From: Monocercomonoides exilis PA203
Lineage: Eukaryota; Protista; Preaxostyla
Length of the DNA: 64,000 bases
Reading direction: 5' to 3'
Assembly (NCBI GenBank): GCA_001643675.2
Contig: LSRY02000054.1
Location: 124,001 to 188,000 of the forward strand
A model generated the notes under the pieces. It was not told where the DNA came from, did not search any database, and worked only from the letters and a program-made list of their open reading frames with translations. The position numbers and the translations under genes were made by a program. Of this stretch, positions 40,736 through 51,432 are shown one piece after another; within the stretch, counting starts at the first letter, position 1; each line of letters opens with the position of its first letter.

Positions 40736-41988
40736 TTGTCCACAGGAAGAATGACTCAAGATACTGTTAGAGCGCCAAATAGCGACGGCGAGGACAGAGG
40801 ATATGATCTTATTCACAGGCTATCAAGGGTAGAAAACATGATCGAAGAAATCACCAGAAGCCAAGCATGGCCAAGTCAGTCCGGAGTAGTAAGAATATTA
40901 CCAATGAGAAAGACGAAGAGGGAACGGCCAAGATGAAGATCTCTGACGAGATCAAGCGAATCTGAGTCCGAATCAGATCTTGCAGATATGATCACAAGGA
41001 AGAAACGTGGACAGCCGTGGAGGGGCAGTCGTACACGGAGTAAATGAAGAGATAGGACGAAGAGGGAAGCAGCGAGAGCGATTCCGGAAGTACAGAAAAG
41101 CGGGAAGAAGAGCAGGAAAGATCGGAAGGCTTTTTGGGAATTTTCCCAGACGAATGGCTGACGCCCAGGAGGCAGGCGGGCGAACTGAAGAGATTTATGG
41201 AGTTTTGTAAGGCCGGATAGATCAGGATATACGATGATATCTTAAACACATTTATTCCAGAGACGGAAAAGAACTTCTTCACCAGACACACTGATGCGAG
41301 TTGGAACGCCTTAGCGGTGACGGGGGTCACTGCCAAAGGAAGAAAGGACTCACCAGAAGCTGTCCGGGTTATTGAACTACTCCAACCCACTCTCAAATCG
41401 GGGTTTGAAGCTGCCAAGGCGATTGCAGCCCTAACAACAAGAGAATTGAGGAAGGCACATTTAGAAGAAGAAGAGAAAGAGCAATTGAGGGGACTCTTCT
41501 GCTCATATGCCCTGATTGCAGACTGTATCAGCCGGATTAATATACTAAAAGTTATACCCCAGTCAAACTGGGAGAATGTGAAGTGTTTCCTTGAAGGGTG
41601 AACGACCAAGGACGTCCCAGAGAGCCTGAGGAGGTTGGTGGAGAGTATCAGCTTTTTTCGTCCAGAGGGGGATGGTCCAAGGTACGGAGCATCCCCCGCT
41701 TCTCCCACAGCCTTCGGCCTTGTCGCAACCAGGAGCGGACGCCCAAGCAGGTACAGCACAGGCAGGAACGCTCAGGGCTTCGCTTACATACAACTCCAAA
41801 AGCATGGCTTCGAGGGGAGCTTCACGAATTTCAGGGAAAGAAGGAGATCAACACAGGCCCTACTGCAGCATTCCCCAGCACCAGCTAGGAGATTGGCCTC
41901 GATCACAGTTCCCCTCCCCCCAGCTCCCCCGAGGATACGGGGAGGACCAGCTACAGGCGCAGCTTCTGGATCGAGCCAATGGGCCTAG
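40736..41988 (+). pseudogene. ORF1 (gag-like) of DIRS-like element, disrupted
   Basis: Position upstream of pol, coding-like composition, broken by stops and frameshifts. No diagnostic motif recognised. Confidence 0.55.
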
Positions 41989-44400
41989 AAGAAGCGAGGG
42001 GGAAGGAGGCAGCGCTTTACTGCGAGACAGAAAGAGAAGAGAGAGAAGCAAATTACTACGAAATGAATATTCAACGAGAAACCGTAGCTCCGGGCGAGAA
42101 GCGATCAGAGATGGAAATACAGAAACAATCCGTGAATATCGGAAAGGTGGTGAGCATGCTAGACCAAGAGAATGAGAGAGAACGAGAAACCACAGAGGAT
42201 CGTGTGATGGAGAGACCGAGAGAAGAGGCGCAACACGAGGCAACGAGAACAGAAGGAGACTCCGCATATCTCCGGGTGACGAGACAGAAGAGCGAGAGGA
42301 GGAACGAGAAGATAGTTTGGAGAACTTCTGGGATTGTTATCGGGTCCCCAATTGGGAGCACTCTGGAGGAGGGCTCGAAGACAGTAGTTGCAAATATTTA
42401 CGAAGGGGAAGAGAAAACACAGATGCAGTCTGGCCACAAGACGCTAGGAGTGAAGAGGAGAACAGCGATTGGACCACTGAGGGAACCACTTCCTGGGAGA
42501 CTGGTGAACAGACTGAGCGAATGGAAGAAGATTGGGGGAGACAAACTAGTGAGCCGTGGTATAATAACTCGGTGGAGAAGTCCCCAATCCCCAATCTCAC
42601 TCGAGGAGAGAAGACACAAACAGAAGTTTCGAAGGACGACGGAGATGACGAACAATTATTTATCCCTCTTGGAGGAGGAATTGAAGGACAGAGTGATGAA
42701 GCCCGTGCAGGAGTCGGAGGGTAGTGGTTCAACCCGACATTCATGGAGATAAAGAAGAACGGAAAGTGGAGGAAGATCCTGGATTGCATGGCGTTAAACG
42801 AGGAAGTGCAGGGAAAACACTTCAAGAAGGATTCCCAGGAGAAAGTCGTGGAACTCCTGGAGGAGAACGATTGGATGACCACTCTGGATATATCGAGTGC
42901 ATATCAGCATGTAAAGGTGGACGAGCAATTCAGTCCCTATCTGTGCTTCAGCTTTCAAAGTCAATGTTACGCTTTCGTTGGGATGCCATTTGGAGCGAAA
43001 GACGCCATTAGAGTTTTCACGAAGATAATGAGACGGGCAGCCTCGTTCATCAGAGAGAAGTAGAAAGTGAAGTTAGCAATATATATGGACGACATTCTCC
43101 TCATGCACCCAGACAGGGATGCATTGAGATCGATCTCACAGGAGATAGCCCAGTTCTTGAGAAGTCTGGGCTGGATACTGTCGGAAGAGAAACTGAGTTT
43201 TTAATCCACAAGGAGTGGGGAGTTTTTGGAATGTCTGTGGAATTCGGAGAAGATGGAATTGACGCTCCAAAAGAGGAAGAGAGTGTTGCTGCTAAAGGAT
43301 GTGCGAACCTGGATAGCACTGGCAAAGAAAAGGAAGAGACATAAGACGAGGGATCTAGCAGCACTCCTCGGAAGGCTGAACTTCGTGAGGCTGTAGCACA
43401 CACCAGCGAGCTTGTGGATGAAGCGAATGCAACACGTGCTGAGGCAGGCAATAGCCAGCGTGGGCTGGAATGGAACGGTCGTATCCAACCCTATGATTTT
43501 GGGAGAATTAACACATTGGAAGAAGACCCTGAAAGAAAACAAATAGAGGTGTCTGAGGAAGAGAACAAGGCAAGCAGTACTTACAACGGAAGCTTCATGG
43601 CTGGGATAGGATGCAAAGCTAGCAGTGCTGACAGAGAGCAAAGAGGAGTTGATTTATGTACATGGAAGTTGGACACTCCAGGAGAGTGCGTTAGCGATAA
43701 ACGAGAAGAAGTCCAGAGCAGTGTTGAGGACACTAGAGAGAAAGGGAGCATGGCTGCAGCAACAGAAGATAGACCATATTTGTCTGAAGACAGTCATCAT
43801 GTTCGCGAGATGGACGATACAGAAGAAAAGAGGAGCGCCATCGCTCATTCCAACATTGAGAGCATTGAAGAAGAAACTGAACAACCTGGACATTACAATA
43901 CAAACAGAACATTTCCCGAGAATACAGAACACGGAAGCAGATGCACTCAGCCGGATGGCGAAAAAGCCGGACTATGCACTGAAGGGGGAGAAAGTCGCAG
44001 AGATATTACAAACAATCGCACCGAAAACACTAGATACAATCTTAGAACTGATTGCGCCGTTGCCCTGCGGAAGTACTTGGAGACAATCCTCCATGAGAAG
44101 GAAGAGAGAGAGAGAAACGCAAGGAAAGGAGATAGTGCAAGTCCACCCGTTCCTGAGAAATATTGGACGGGTGTTGAAAGAGAAGATGAACGAAGCTCAG
44201 AGGGAACTGACGATTCTGATTCTGCCAGACTAGCGGGGGCAGACCTGGACCCAGCTGCTGCAGCCTGGGAATTTGATAAAAACCCTGGGGACCTTTCAGG
44301 AGTGCATGATACCGGGAGCGAAGATGAGAAGGGAAGGCTGGAAATTACCACCAGGAGAGGTGATAAGCGTCACACTGGAGAAGAGAATATCCCAGGAAGG
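41979..44400 (+). pseudogene. pol of DIRS-like element: reverse transcriptase, RNase H, degenerate methyltransferase-like domain
   Basis: LPGRLVNRLSEWKKI; WFNPTF..KKNGKWRKILDC..LN; WMTTLDISSAYQHV; GMPFG; YMDDILL; TTEASWLG*DA; INEKKSRAV; HFPRIQNTEADALSR; VHPFL...LILPD*RGQTW. Frameshift at ~42720 and several stops. Confidence 0.92.
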
Positions 44401-45330
44401 GACCTCTTCTTAACATGGGGAGAATACATTGGAGCGAAGGACATAGTTGTAGCAATACTGAAAAATCAGAAGAGTTAAAGAGATACGTGGAGAGCGCTAC
44501 GAAGATTTAAGCAGTTTCTTGAAAGAGAGAGCATAGATGATACCGACACACTCACAACCAGAGATGCCAAAAGGATTATGGCAAAGTTTACCGAAATGCT
44601 TTCAAATACAAACCTGTCTGTTGGAGTGATTTATCAGACAGTTCGGAAAGTACTTGATTCCATTAACCTTTTCAGGGAGACTAAGATTGATGGGAACGAC
44701 ATTGAAATATTTCTAATAATTTATGTTAGTTAGAAGCCAAGAAGAGGCAAACGATACAAATCAATGTGGGACTTAACAATCATCACGAAGTGGGCCGAAA
44801 CTTCCTACGACGCAAAAGATATACGAACACTCCAATGGAGAGCCCTCATCTCTACTATGATTTTTGGGGCTTTAAGGCCAGCTGAGCTGGAAAGAATGAG
44901 AAGAGAGACAACGATAGTCAAGGATCATACAATACTCACTCAAGTTCGAACAAAGACGTCGGGAGGTGAGGTTATTAGAATTATAATAAATAAACACCCC
45001 AATCCACGCATTGATGCAGTAGAGGCGCTCCAACGCTGGCTGGATTATACTAAGACGATTCTTAAGGATGAACATGTGTGGTTTGACATAGAAGAGAGCA
45101 GGCCTGCAAACTTGCAGAGAATTAACGAAGAGTTAACAGCGATTCTGAGAGAGAACGGAATACCAGAAACTTTTACGGCGTACTCAATAAGACACGCTGT
45201 GATTACACACTTCGCAAGACGAGAAGGAGCGGACTGGAAGGCTATCAATGCTTATGCGAGATGGGAGCCAGGTTCGAGAGTAGCCCAGGAGTATTACACC
45301 GTGTAACCGGTACAAGACACAAATTGGATC
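44390..45330 (+). pseudogene. Tyrosine recombinase (YR) of DIRS-like element
   Basis: MIFGALRPAEL (R), RTKTS (K), YSIRHA (HxxR box with H>Y), ARWEPGSRVAQEYY (W, catalytic Y). The N-terminal part is frameshifted. Confidence 0.9.
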
Positions 45331-45894
45331 ATGGAGTCAATCGGTGGACCAGCACCCCAGAGTGGAGAAGATAACAAGCCACATAAGAGTGGAGAATCGA
45401 AGGAGGGGAGGCTGGAGATTGCAGAGGCAGATATGAAAGATTGCACCGAGGAATCACCAAAATCTGGTCTTGAAGAAGGGAAGAAACCTACGAGAAAGCG
45501 ATCAAAAAGAAGAGAGAGTCTAGGAGGGAAGAAAGAAAGAAAAGTGAAACGGTTCAGTCACGAAGCTCTACACCCCGACTACCAGGTAGTCAGAGGACAC
45601 CCTCCATAATCCCCGGCAACATCAGTGAGCTGATTGGAGAGAAGGACACAACTCCACTGAAGAAGAGAGGCAAAGATCGGAAGAAGCGTCACGGAAGAAG
45701 AACATGTCAGATGGGGAATGACACTGAAGAGGCAAGGGCCAGGCCGATGTCGCCTCAAAAATATTCTAAGAAAGGGAGGTTGTAGAGACAGAGGCAGCAC
45801 CTTCGTCCACAATCCCTCCAGACATTTGCCACACTTTATTGTGCTAGGAAGGAGGGTTTTAGATCACGTGTACTGAGACAGAAAAGATTTCGAG

Positions 45895-45990
45895 ACTCAT
45901 TATTGAGGAGCAAACCTGCTCCTTGCGTTCGTAGATTCGCTCTATTGCGAATTGATAGAACGCAGTGAGACAGGTTTGCTCCGAGATAAT
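45895..45990. repeat. Internal complementary region (ICR-like), an imperfect hairpin centred on attcgc-tctatt-gcgaat
   Basis: tgcgttc (45924) pairs with gaacgca (45958) and ggagcaaacctg (45907) pairs with caggtttgctcc (45971). The left half is the reverse complement of the element's left end. Confidence 0.85.
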
Positions 45991-46722
45991 AATAATGCGG
46001 ATGGAGGGAATCAAAGCGGCTGGGTGCGAAGGTGAACCAGAAGTTTGTGGAGAGATGACTAGAAAAAAGGGCGAGACAGAGAAGGAGAGACAGAAAGACC
46101 AACCGCCCGTAGACATTAATGCGCACCTGTAACCTGCATAGAGAAACATGAATTGAATAAAGGGTTTTAAGCACGATCTTACTCCTCTAATTGTTGTCGA
46201 ATAAGTTGAAAAGGAAGAGTCAGAATGGCCTGCACAGCGTGTGATGACCAGTCATCCTTTACTGACGCAACAGAGAAGCTGGAGGCCGAACATCATAGGC
46301 AGTTTTCTTTTCCACGCCTCGCGGAAGCGAGAGTGGTTTTTTTTTTCTGCTCCGACAGAATACTCGTCTCACCGGATCCCTGCACGGCCTGCAAAAGAGA
46401 GCTCCGAGGGGCAATGTCCCCAGCCCTCTGGTCTTCGAGACCATGGCAAAAGGCGAAGTCGGTGGTGAAGTGAAGCGGACAATTCATAGAACACTTTTTA
46501 TTATTTTACATGTTATTGTCTATATTTTCATCTCGCCCTTTTTTCCACGTCATTTTAGGGAAAGCGAAGTTTTCACTCAAACCACACATAATTTAAGATC
46601 AAACTCATTTTCTAGGAGCAGGTTTGCTCCTTGCGTTAATAGATTCGCTCTATTGCGAATTAACACCTCGAAAATAGTTATGATTTCAAATATTATCACC
46701 AATATATGAATTTTTAAAGAAA

Positions 46723-46764
46723 GACCGGGTTTTTGAAAAATTCCCGGGTTTCTGAACGATGGTA
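46723..46764. repeat. Diverged solo TIR related to the pogo-like TIR
   Basis: ccgggtttttgaaaaattcccgggtttctgaacgatggTA resembles ccgggtttcgtaaaaggtcccggttttggcaccaatggTG (39750-39789). Confidence 0.55.
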
Positions 46765-47020
46765 CTTCTTATTTTGATCGTAAAATTGGAACAAACATTT
46801 TTAGGAAAATGGATGTTGTGAAATAACTATTTCCTTTATTATATTGTTTTGATCTGATTATCAATTATTTGATTGATTTCAAAAAATTGTTTTTTTCGTA
46901 ATAGTCTGGAAAAGGAATCAACATTATTTTTAAGTATTTTTCTTTCAACAGTTATTGTCAACAAAAAACAATAACAAATGAATTACAATTTTCGTTATCG
47001 ATATGATTTATTTTTTTTGA

Positions 47021-47284
47021 ATATGGGTGACTATTTTTGAAATCATTTTTTTTCTATCAAAAATTTCGGTTCAAAAAATAACCTTGAATATTATCAAATT
47101 AACATTGGATAGTGAAAAGGCTTATTGAAGACAATTTTATCATTAATTAGGTAAAAACATTAATTTTATAAAATAATTTTCAAATTTCTTCTCTTTAGAA
47201 TTAGAAATTTCTTTTAAAAAACTGACAATTTTTGAAAACCGACACTCCGAAAAAAGTTATGATTTCAAAAATAATCACCCATAT
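47021..47284. mobile_element. ~265-bp MITE-like element
   Basis: atatgggtgactatttttgaaatcat (47021) is inverted to atgatttcaaaaataatcacccatat (47259-47284), 25/26 match. Confidence 0.65.
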
Positions 47285-47577
47285 GTTATTTTCTTGATTT
47301 CTCAAAAGACATAGTAAATTCTTCTCATTCAACAAAAATACAAATATTAAATTGCATCAACATTTATCAATAAAAAGATGAATTTGACGATTTTTTGTAG
47401 TTTTTATTGTGTTAATCAAGTGATAAATAACAAACAAGGGTAAAAATATCATTGAAAAAAACAGTTAAATAAATTGAAAAAGTGATAATAAAGCATGATA
47501 ATAATATACAAATGAATGTACACAGAAATACAAGAACAAATGATGTTTTTGAAAATAAATGATAGATCCCTTTAAAA

Positions 47578-50010
47578 TCATTCATTCATTTCTTGTTCCT
47601 TATTGTCGTTATATTCATTTCTCGATTTCCTTTTCTTTACAACAACAACAACAATCACAATCACAACAACAGCTGCCACAACAACAACCATCGGCACAAC
47701 AATAGCAACAATGATCCCTATTTTATTCTTTTTGTTTTGATCTTTCAGTTTCTCTTGTCTCACTTTCACATACTTCTCATACACATCCTCAGGCTCTGAT
47801 TCTGCATCTTTTGCTCCCTCGATCCACCCAGATGTTGATTCATCATAATCATTCGCAAACTCAAAGGCATCTTCTTGTTTGCAGAACTCTTCGAAGTCTG
47901 GGGCAATGATAAGCAGAGATGTTGTTTTCGAGCCAGCTGTGTTTGAGCTGTCAATCTCCAGGTTGTGTTCTGATGGGAGTTGCAGATTCGATGTTGCCTT
48001 GGGCATGTCAATGAATATTGCTCCTGATTTCCCTTCTGGTGCTGAACATGACTTGAATGAACATTTGCTTGACCTTCCAATGGCCACTCTTGATTCTTTT
48101 GAACTGAGGGTGATATCCAACCCTGCTGCTGCTCCTTTCTCCGATTTCACTTCCTGAACATTCAATCCTTCGATTGAAACCTTCGAAGATGAATTGCTCC
48201 CATCATCGATGCTGATTGCTGCTCCACTTTCCACATTCACTTTGCTGATGTCCATTCCACTCAATGACACTTCACGGGCTCCAGAAAATGAAAATGGTGA
48301 TGATGAGAATGTCACAAATGAGGTTTCATCTGTGCATTTCACTGTGTCCATTTCCACACTTCCAGATGTCACGCTCACAAGACTGCTTGCCAAGGGGCTG
48401 TTTCCATCAGCATTTGAATTCATTCCTTCTTGTGATTGTGATCCAATTCTGACAAATCGACATGTTGATATCTTCAATGATATTGAACCTGATCCTGCAC
48501 TGATTAATGAGTTCCAATTCTTTTCTGTTGAAGAGAATTGGAATGCCAAATACTGGAATTCCACAGTTTTCTGACAAGAAAAGAGTATTGATGAAACAGA
48601 AACATCACAATTAATGGAAACTTCTCTATTTCCTTCTCCGTTGTCATTCACTCCTTCAATTGCTATTCCACTGTTAATGCTGAAACTAATGTCTTCTGCT
48701 TTGATTGGATCTGCAGTTTTGACAACGTCAATGAAACATTTCCCATTCTTTTCCAAGAAATCATAAGCTTCCTTCATGCTGTTGATTGCCGAATTAACAT
48801 CGATTCCATTTACCTTCCCTCCTTTCTTCACAAATGCTCTTGTCATATTAACTGGCTTTTGAGGAATGGGATCAAAAAATGTGCTAATGAAATCACATTC
48901 TTTTTTTGTTTTATTGTCATAACCAACAACAAACCACAAATTATCATCTCGTGTGTAATCAGCTGCAAAACTTTCCCTCATTGCATCCGCTATGTCATTG
49001 AACAAAGAATCATTTTCCATTTCAATATATAACCCAGTACTTCTCTTCACTCCATTATATTCAGATGAGCAATTCTGAAAAGCCAGATTCTTTCCATTTG
49101 TTGGCCATTTTAATTGAGAGGCTGATGCTATATTTGGCATACGCAAATAGATTCCACCAGATTTGGAATAGAATCCACTGCTGCTGCATGAGATGAAAGA
49201 TGTCACACCTCCATTTCCAACTGTGAACGTATTATCATAGGGATTGTTGTAAATGAAAAATATTCCATAATCTTCTGTTTGATACTCAAAGAACGTGCAA
49301 CCGTTCATGGTGACATCCATATTGATTTCATATCCTCCACGGATATAAACAGTTGACCCACCACTTGATATTTTCTTCAAAGTCACATTCGTCAGTGAAA
49401 CTGTTTTAATATTCTGTATGGAAAATACATAATTGGAAAATGCAACTGCAACATTGTCGTCGACACACTCAACTGAATCCATCAACAGATTTTCACCACT
49501 CATGCGCACAATACAATAATCCACAGTTCCACCATTTGATGGTTGACGAATAAATTGGCAGTTATAAAATGTGAGATTCCCACTTCCATCAATCAAAGCA
49601 TCTTCACTTGAGGATCCACCTAATGACATCGGAAAATGGAATGACAAATATTCAAATTCTGCATCTTCGTTGCAATAAAATAGAACTCCGCCTGGATTCA
49701 CATTGCAATCCATTGAAACCATTGTATTTCCATTTCCGTCGTTGTTTATTCCTTCAATGCTGATTCCTTGCTTTTTGTCGAACGTAATTTTCTCAGTTGA
49801 AAATGCAGATGTATCAATGATAACATAGATCTTGCATGCGTGGCCATTTCCCAGCAGATCATATGCACTTTTCAATGATTTCCTTTCCTGACCGATCTCT
49901 GTGCCAGTGTGGCTGTCATCTCCCGTTTGTTTGATGCAAACTTCATATGGTTTTCCTTCATCCAATTCTTGTGAAATTGCGAGTGTGAAAGTCAGAAAAA
50001 CTGAGAGCAT
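47578..50010 (-). CDS. Type I membrane surface protein with two tandem ~365-aa beta-helix-like domains
   Basis: Likely start MLSVFLTFTLAISQE (ATG 50010). Internal duplication (SLKSAYDLL...GISIEGINNDGNGNTMVSMDCNV vs SMKEAYDFL...GIAIEGVNDNGEGNREVSINCDV). C-terminal Val-rich TM followed by KKRKSR. Confidence 0.88.
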   Translation of the reverse strand: MLSVFLTFTLAISQELDEGKPYEVCIKQTGDDSHTGTEIGQERKSLKSAYDLLGNGHACKIYVIIDTSAFSTEKITFDKKQGISIEGINNDGNGNTMVSMDCNVNPGGVLFYCNEDAEFEYLSFHFPMSLGGSSSEDALIDGSGNLTFYNCQFIRQPSNGGTVDYCIVRMSGENLLMDSVECVDDNVAVAFSNYVFSIQNIKTVSLTNVTLKKISSGGSTVYIRGGYEINMDVTMNGCTFFEYQTEDYGIFFIYNNPYDNTFTVGNGGVTSFISCSSSGFYSKSGGIYLRMPNIASASQLKWPTNGKNLAFQNCSSEYNGVKRSTGLYIEMENDSLFNDIADAMRESFAADYTRDDNLWFVVGYDNKTKKECDFISTFFDPIPQKPVNMTRAFVKKGGKVNGIDVNSAINSMKEAYDFLEKNGKCFIDVVKTADPIKAEDISFSINSGIAIEGVNDNGEGNREVSINCDVSVSSILFSCQKTVEFQYLAFQFSSTEKNWNSLISAGSGSISLKISTCRFVRIGSQSQEGMNSNADGNSPLASSLVSVTSGSVEMDTVKCTDETSFVTFSSSPFSFSGAREVSLSGMDISKVNVESGAAISIDDGSNSSSKVSIEGLNVQEVKSEKGAAAGLDITLSSKESRVAIGRSSKCSFKSCSAPEGKSGAIFIDMPKATSNLQLPSEHNLEIDSSNTAGSKTTSLLIIAPDFEEFCKQEDAFEFANDYDESTSGWIEGAKDAESEPEDVYEKYVKVRQEKLKDQNKKNKIGIIVAIVVPMVVVVAAVVVIVIVVVVVKKRKSRNEYNDNKEQEMNE

Positions 50011-51432
50011 GAGTTTTGATGTTTCTTTATCAATATCACAAATTATCAACACATCCTTAATACAAATGCAAACCGATTCAATAAATGGTTTTCTTCAATC
50101 CAAGATCGTTTGAAAAGTGATTTTTTATCTTTGGAAAAATACCTCAACAAATAAAAACTCAACTTGGAATAGTAACTGACGAAGGAATCGAAGCAAAAGT
50201 TAATACCTTGTATATATTCGATCAACCCACTTTTTCAGAGATGGTTTTAAAAATGTTTGAAAAAGTTGATCAAGACAAAGTGATTGATAAAGACAACTAA
50301 ATAAAGAAAAATCATGAAAAAAAAATGTTTCACTATTGGTTTTCATGTTATGAACATGAAAGATTTCAATTTTTTTCAATGCAGAAACTCCTGAAATAAT
50401 TCTTTTACTCAAAAATTGTTTCTTTCACATTAAATGCGGACAACAGAAAAAATGAGGTTTTAAAAAATATTATCAATTTTATGTTGATTCACCATCTCTT
50501 AAGAAAATTTCAGTTTATTTTCTTGTTTCTTCCAAAAGAATTGAAATAGCTCACATATTGTGATATCTTTCTTTTTCAAATCAATATAATTGACTCACTC
50601 TTCGATCGTATTTCCAAATAAACCGTTTCATTGTGATATTTATTAAAATCTATATTAATGTGTTTTTGTTTCCGAGAGAGTGTCTATCTTCCTTAAGCTT
50701 CATATTTTGTTCTTTCTCATCTGTCTCATCTGGAGCCACGCACAGTTCATAGTTGAACATTTAGAGGAGGTGAAACTAAAAAACGGAACTCAATTGCGAC
50801 ATGTGGAAGGAGCATTTCTTGAAATCGACATTTGAAATGAACTCTTCACATGACTTTGTGTTGGCAATTACATGAATATCAGCAAAGATATCAGTCAAAA
50901 TCCAGAGGCTTTTACAGATTAACGTGCCTAAAAATACAAAGTTGTGTGTGAGTTGAACGATTCTGTAAAATGAAATGCTGCAAGTCAAGTCTTGTTCATT
51001 TAGACAAACACCATGACAGTGTCTGTTAAATGTTGAAATGGATTAATATCAATTTTTATAAGATGACACTTTCTCATGTTTGTTAAATGTGGTTTCATAT
51101 TTATGCTCCATTCAACCACCTCAATGTTGAATTATTCTATTTGAAAATTCTTTATGCAGAAAAAGGATGATGAAAGACATTCACAAGCAATAGTGAATGA
51201 AAAACGAAATGAAACATATGAAAAAACTTTCACAAAACGAGAGATTGGTTGATGCAATAGTTATTATTTGAATGATTTTTGATGAAATAAGGAATGAAAC
51301 ATATTTGTTGCAAGATTTTTGAATTGTTTGACATTTTGTTATAATACACAATTTTATAAAAAAAGAAAGTGAATTCCAATTCTTTTTTGATTATCAGAAA
51401 AAAATGCCCATAAATTATTATTTCAGTTTTTC

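Larger units (their letters stand above)
40610..46661 (+). mobile_element. Near full-length DIRS-like tyrosine-recombinase retrotransposon with inverted termini and an internal complementary region
   Basis: GC-rich block with gag-like, RT/RNase H/MT-like and YR coding regions in DIRS order. The ~60-bp left end (40610-40669) is the reverse complement of 46603-46661 and of 45895-45954. Confidence 0.92.

Noticed and set aside
40736-45330. TAA/TAG reassigned to Gln (as in some oxymonads) to explain stops in the TEs
   Set aside because: The long host ORFs (2154, 927, 824 aa) contain no in-frame TAA/TAG and some host genes end in TAA or TAG. Several TE stops sit at Trp positions, and frameshifts are also present.
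45720-46290. Hammerhead ribozyme candidates (ctgaaga-ggc...gcc-gatg at ~45724; gtgatga...actgac-gcaac at ~46241)
   Set aside because: The conserved GAAA or CUGA core and the cleavage triplet are mismatched, and stems I/III are not convincing.
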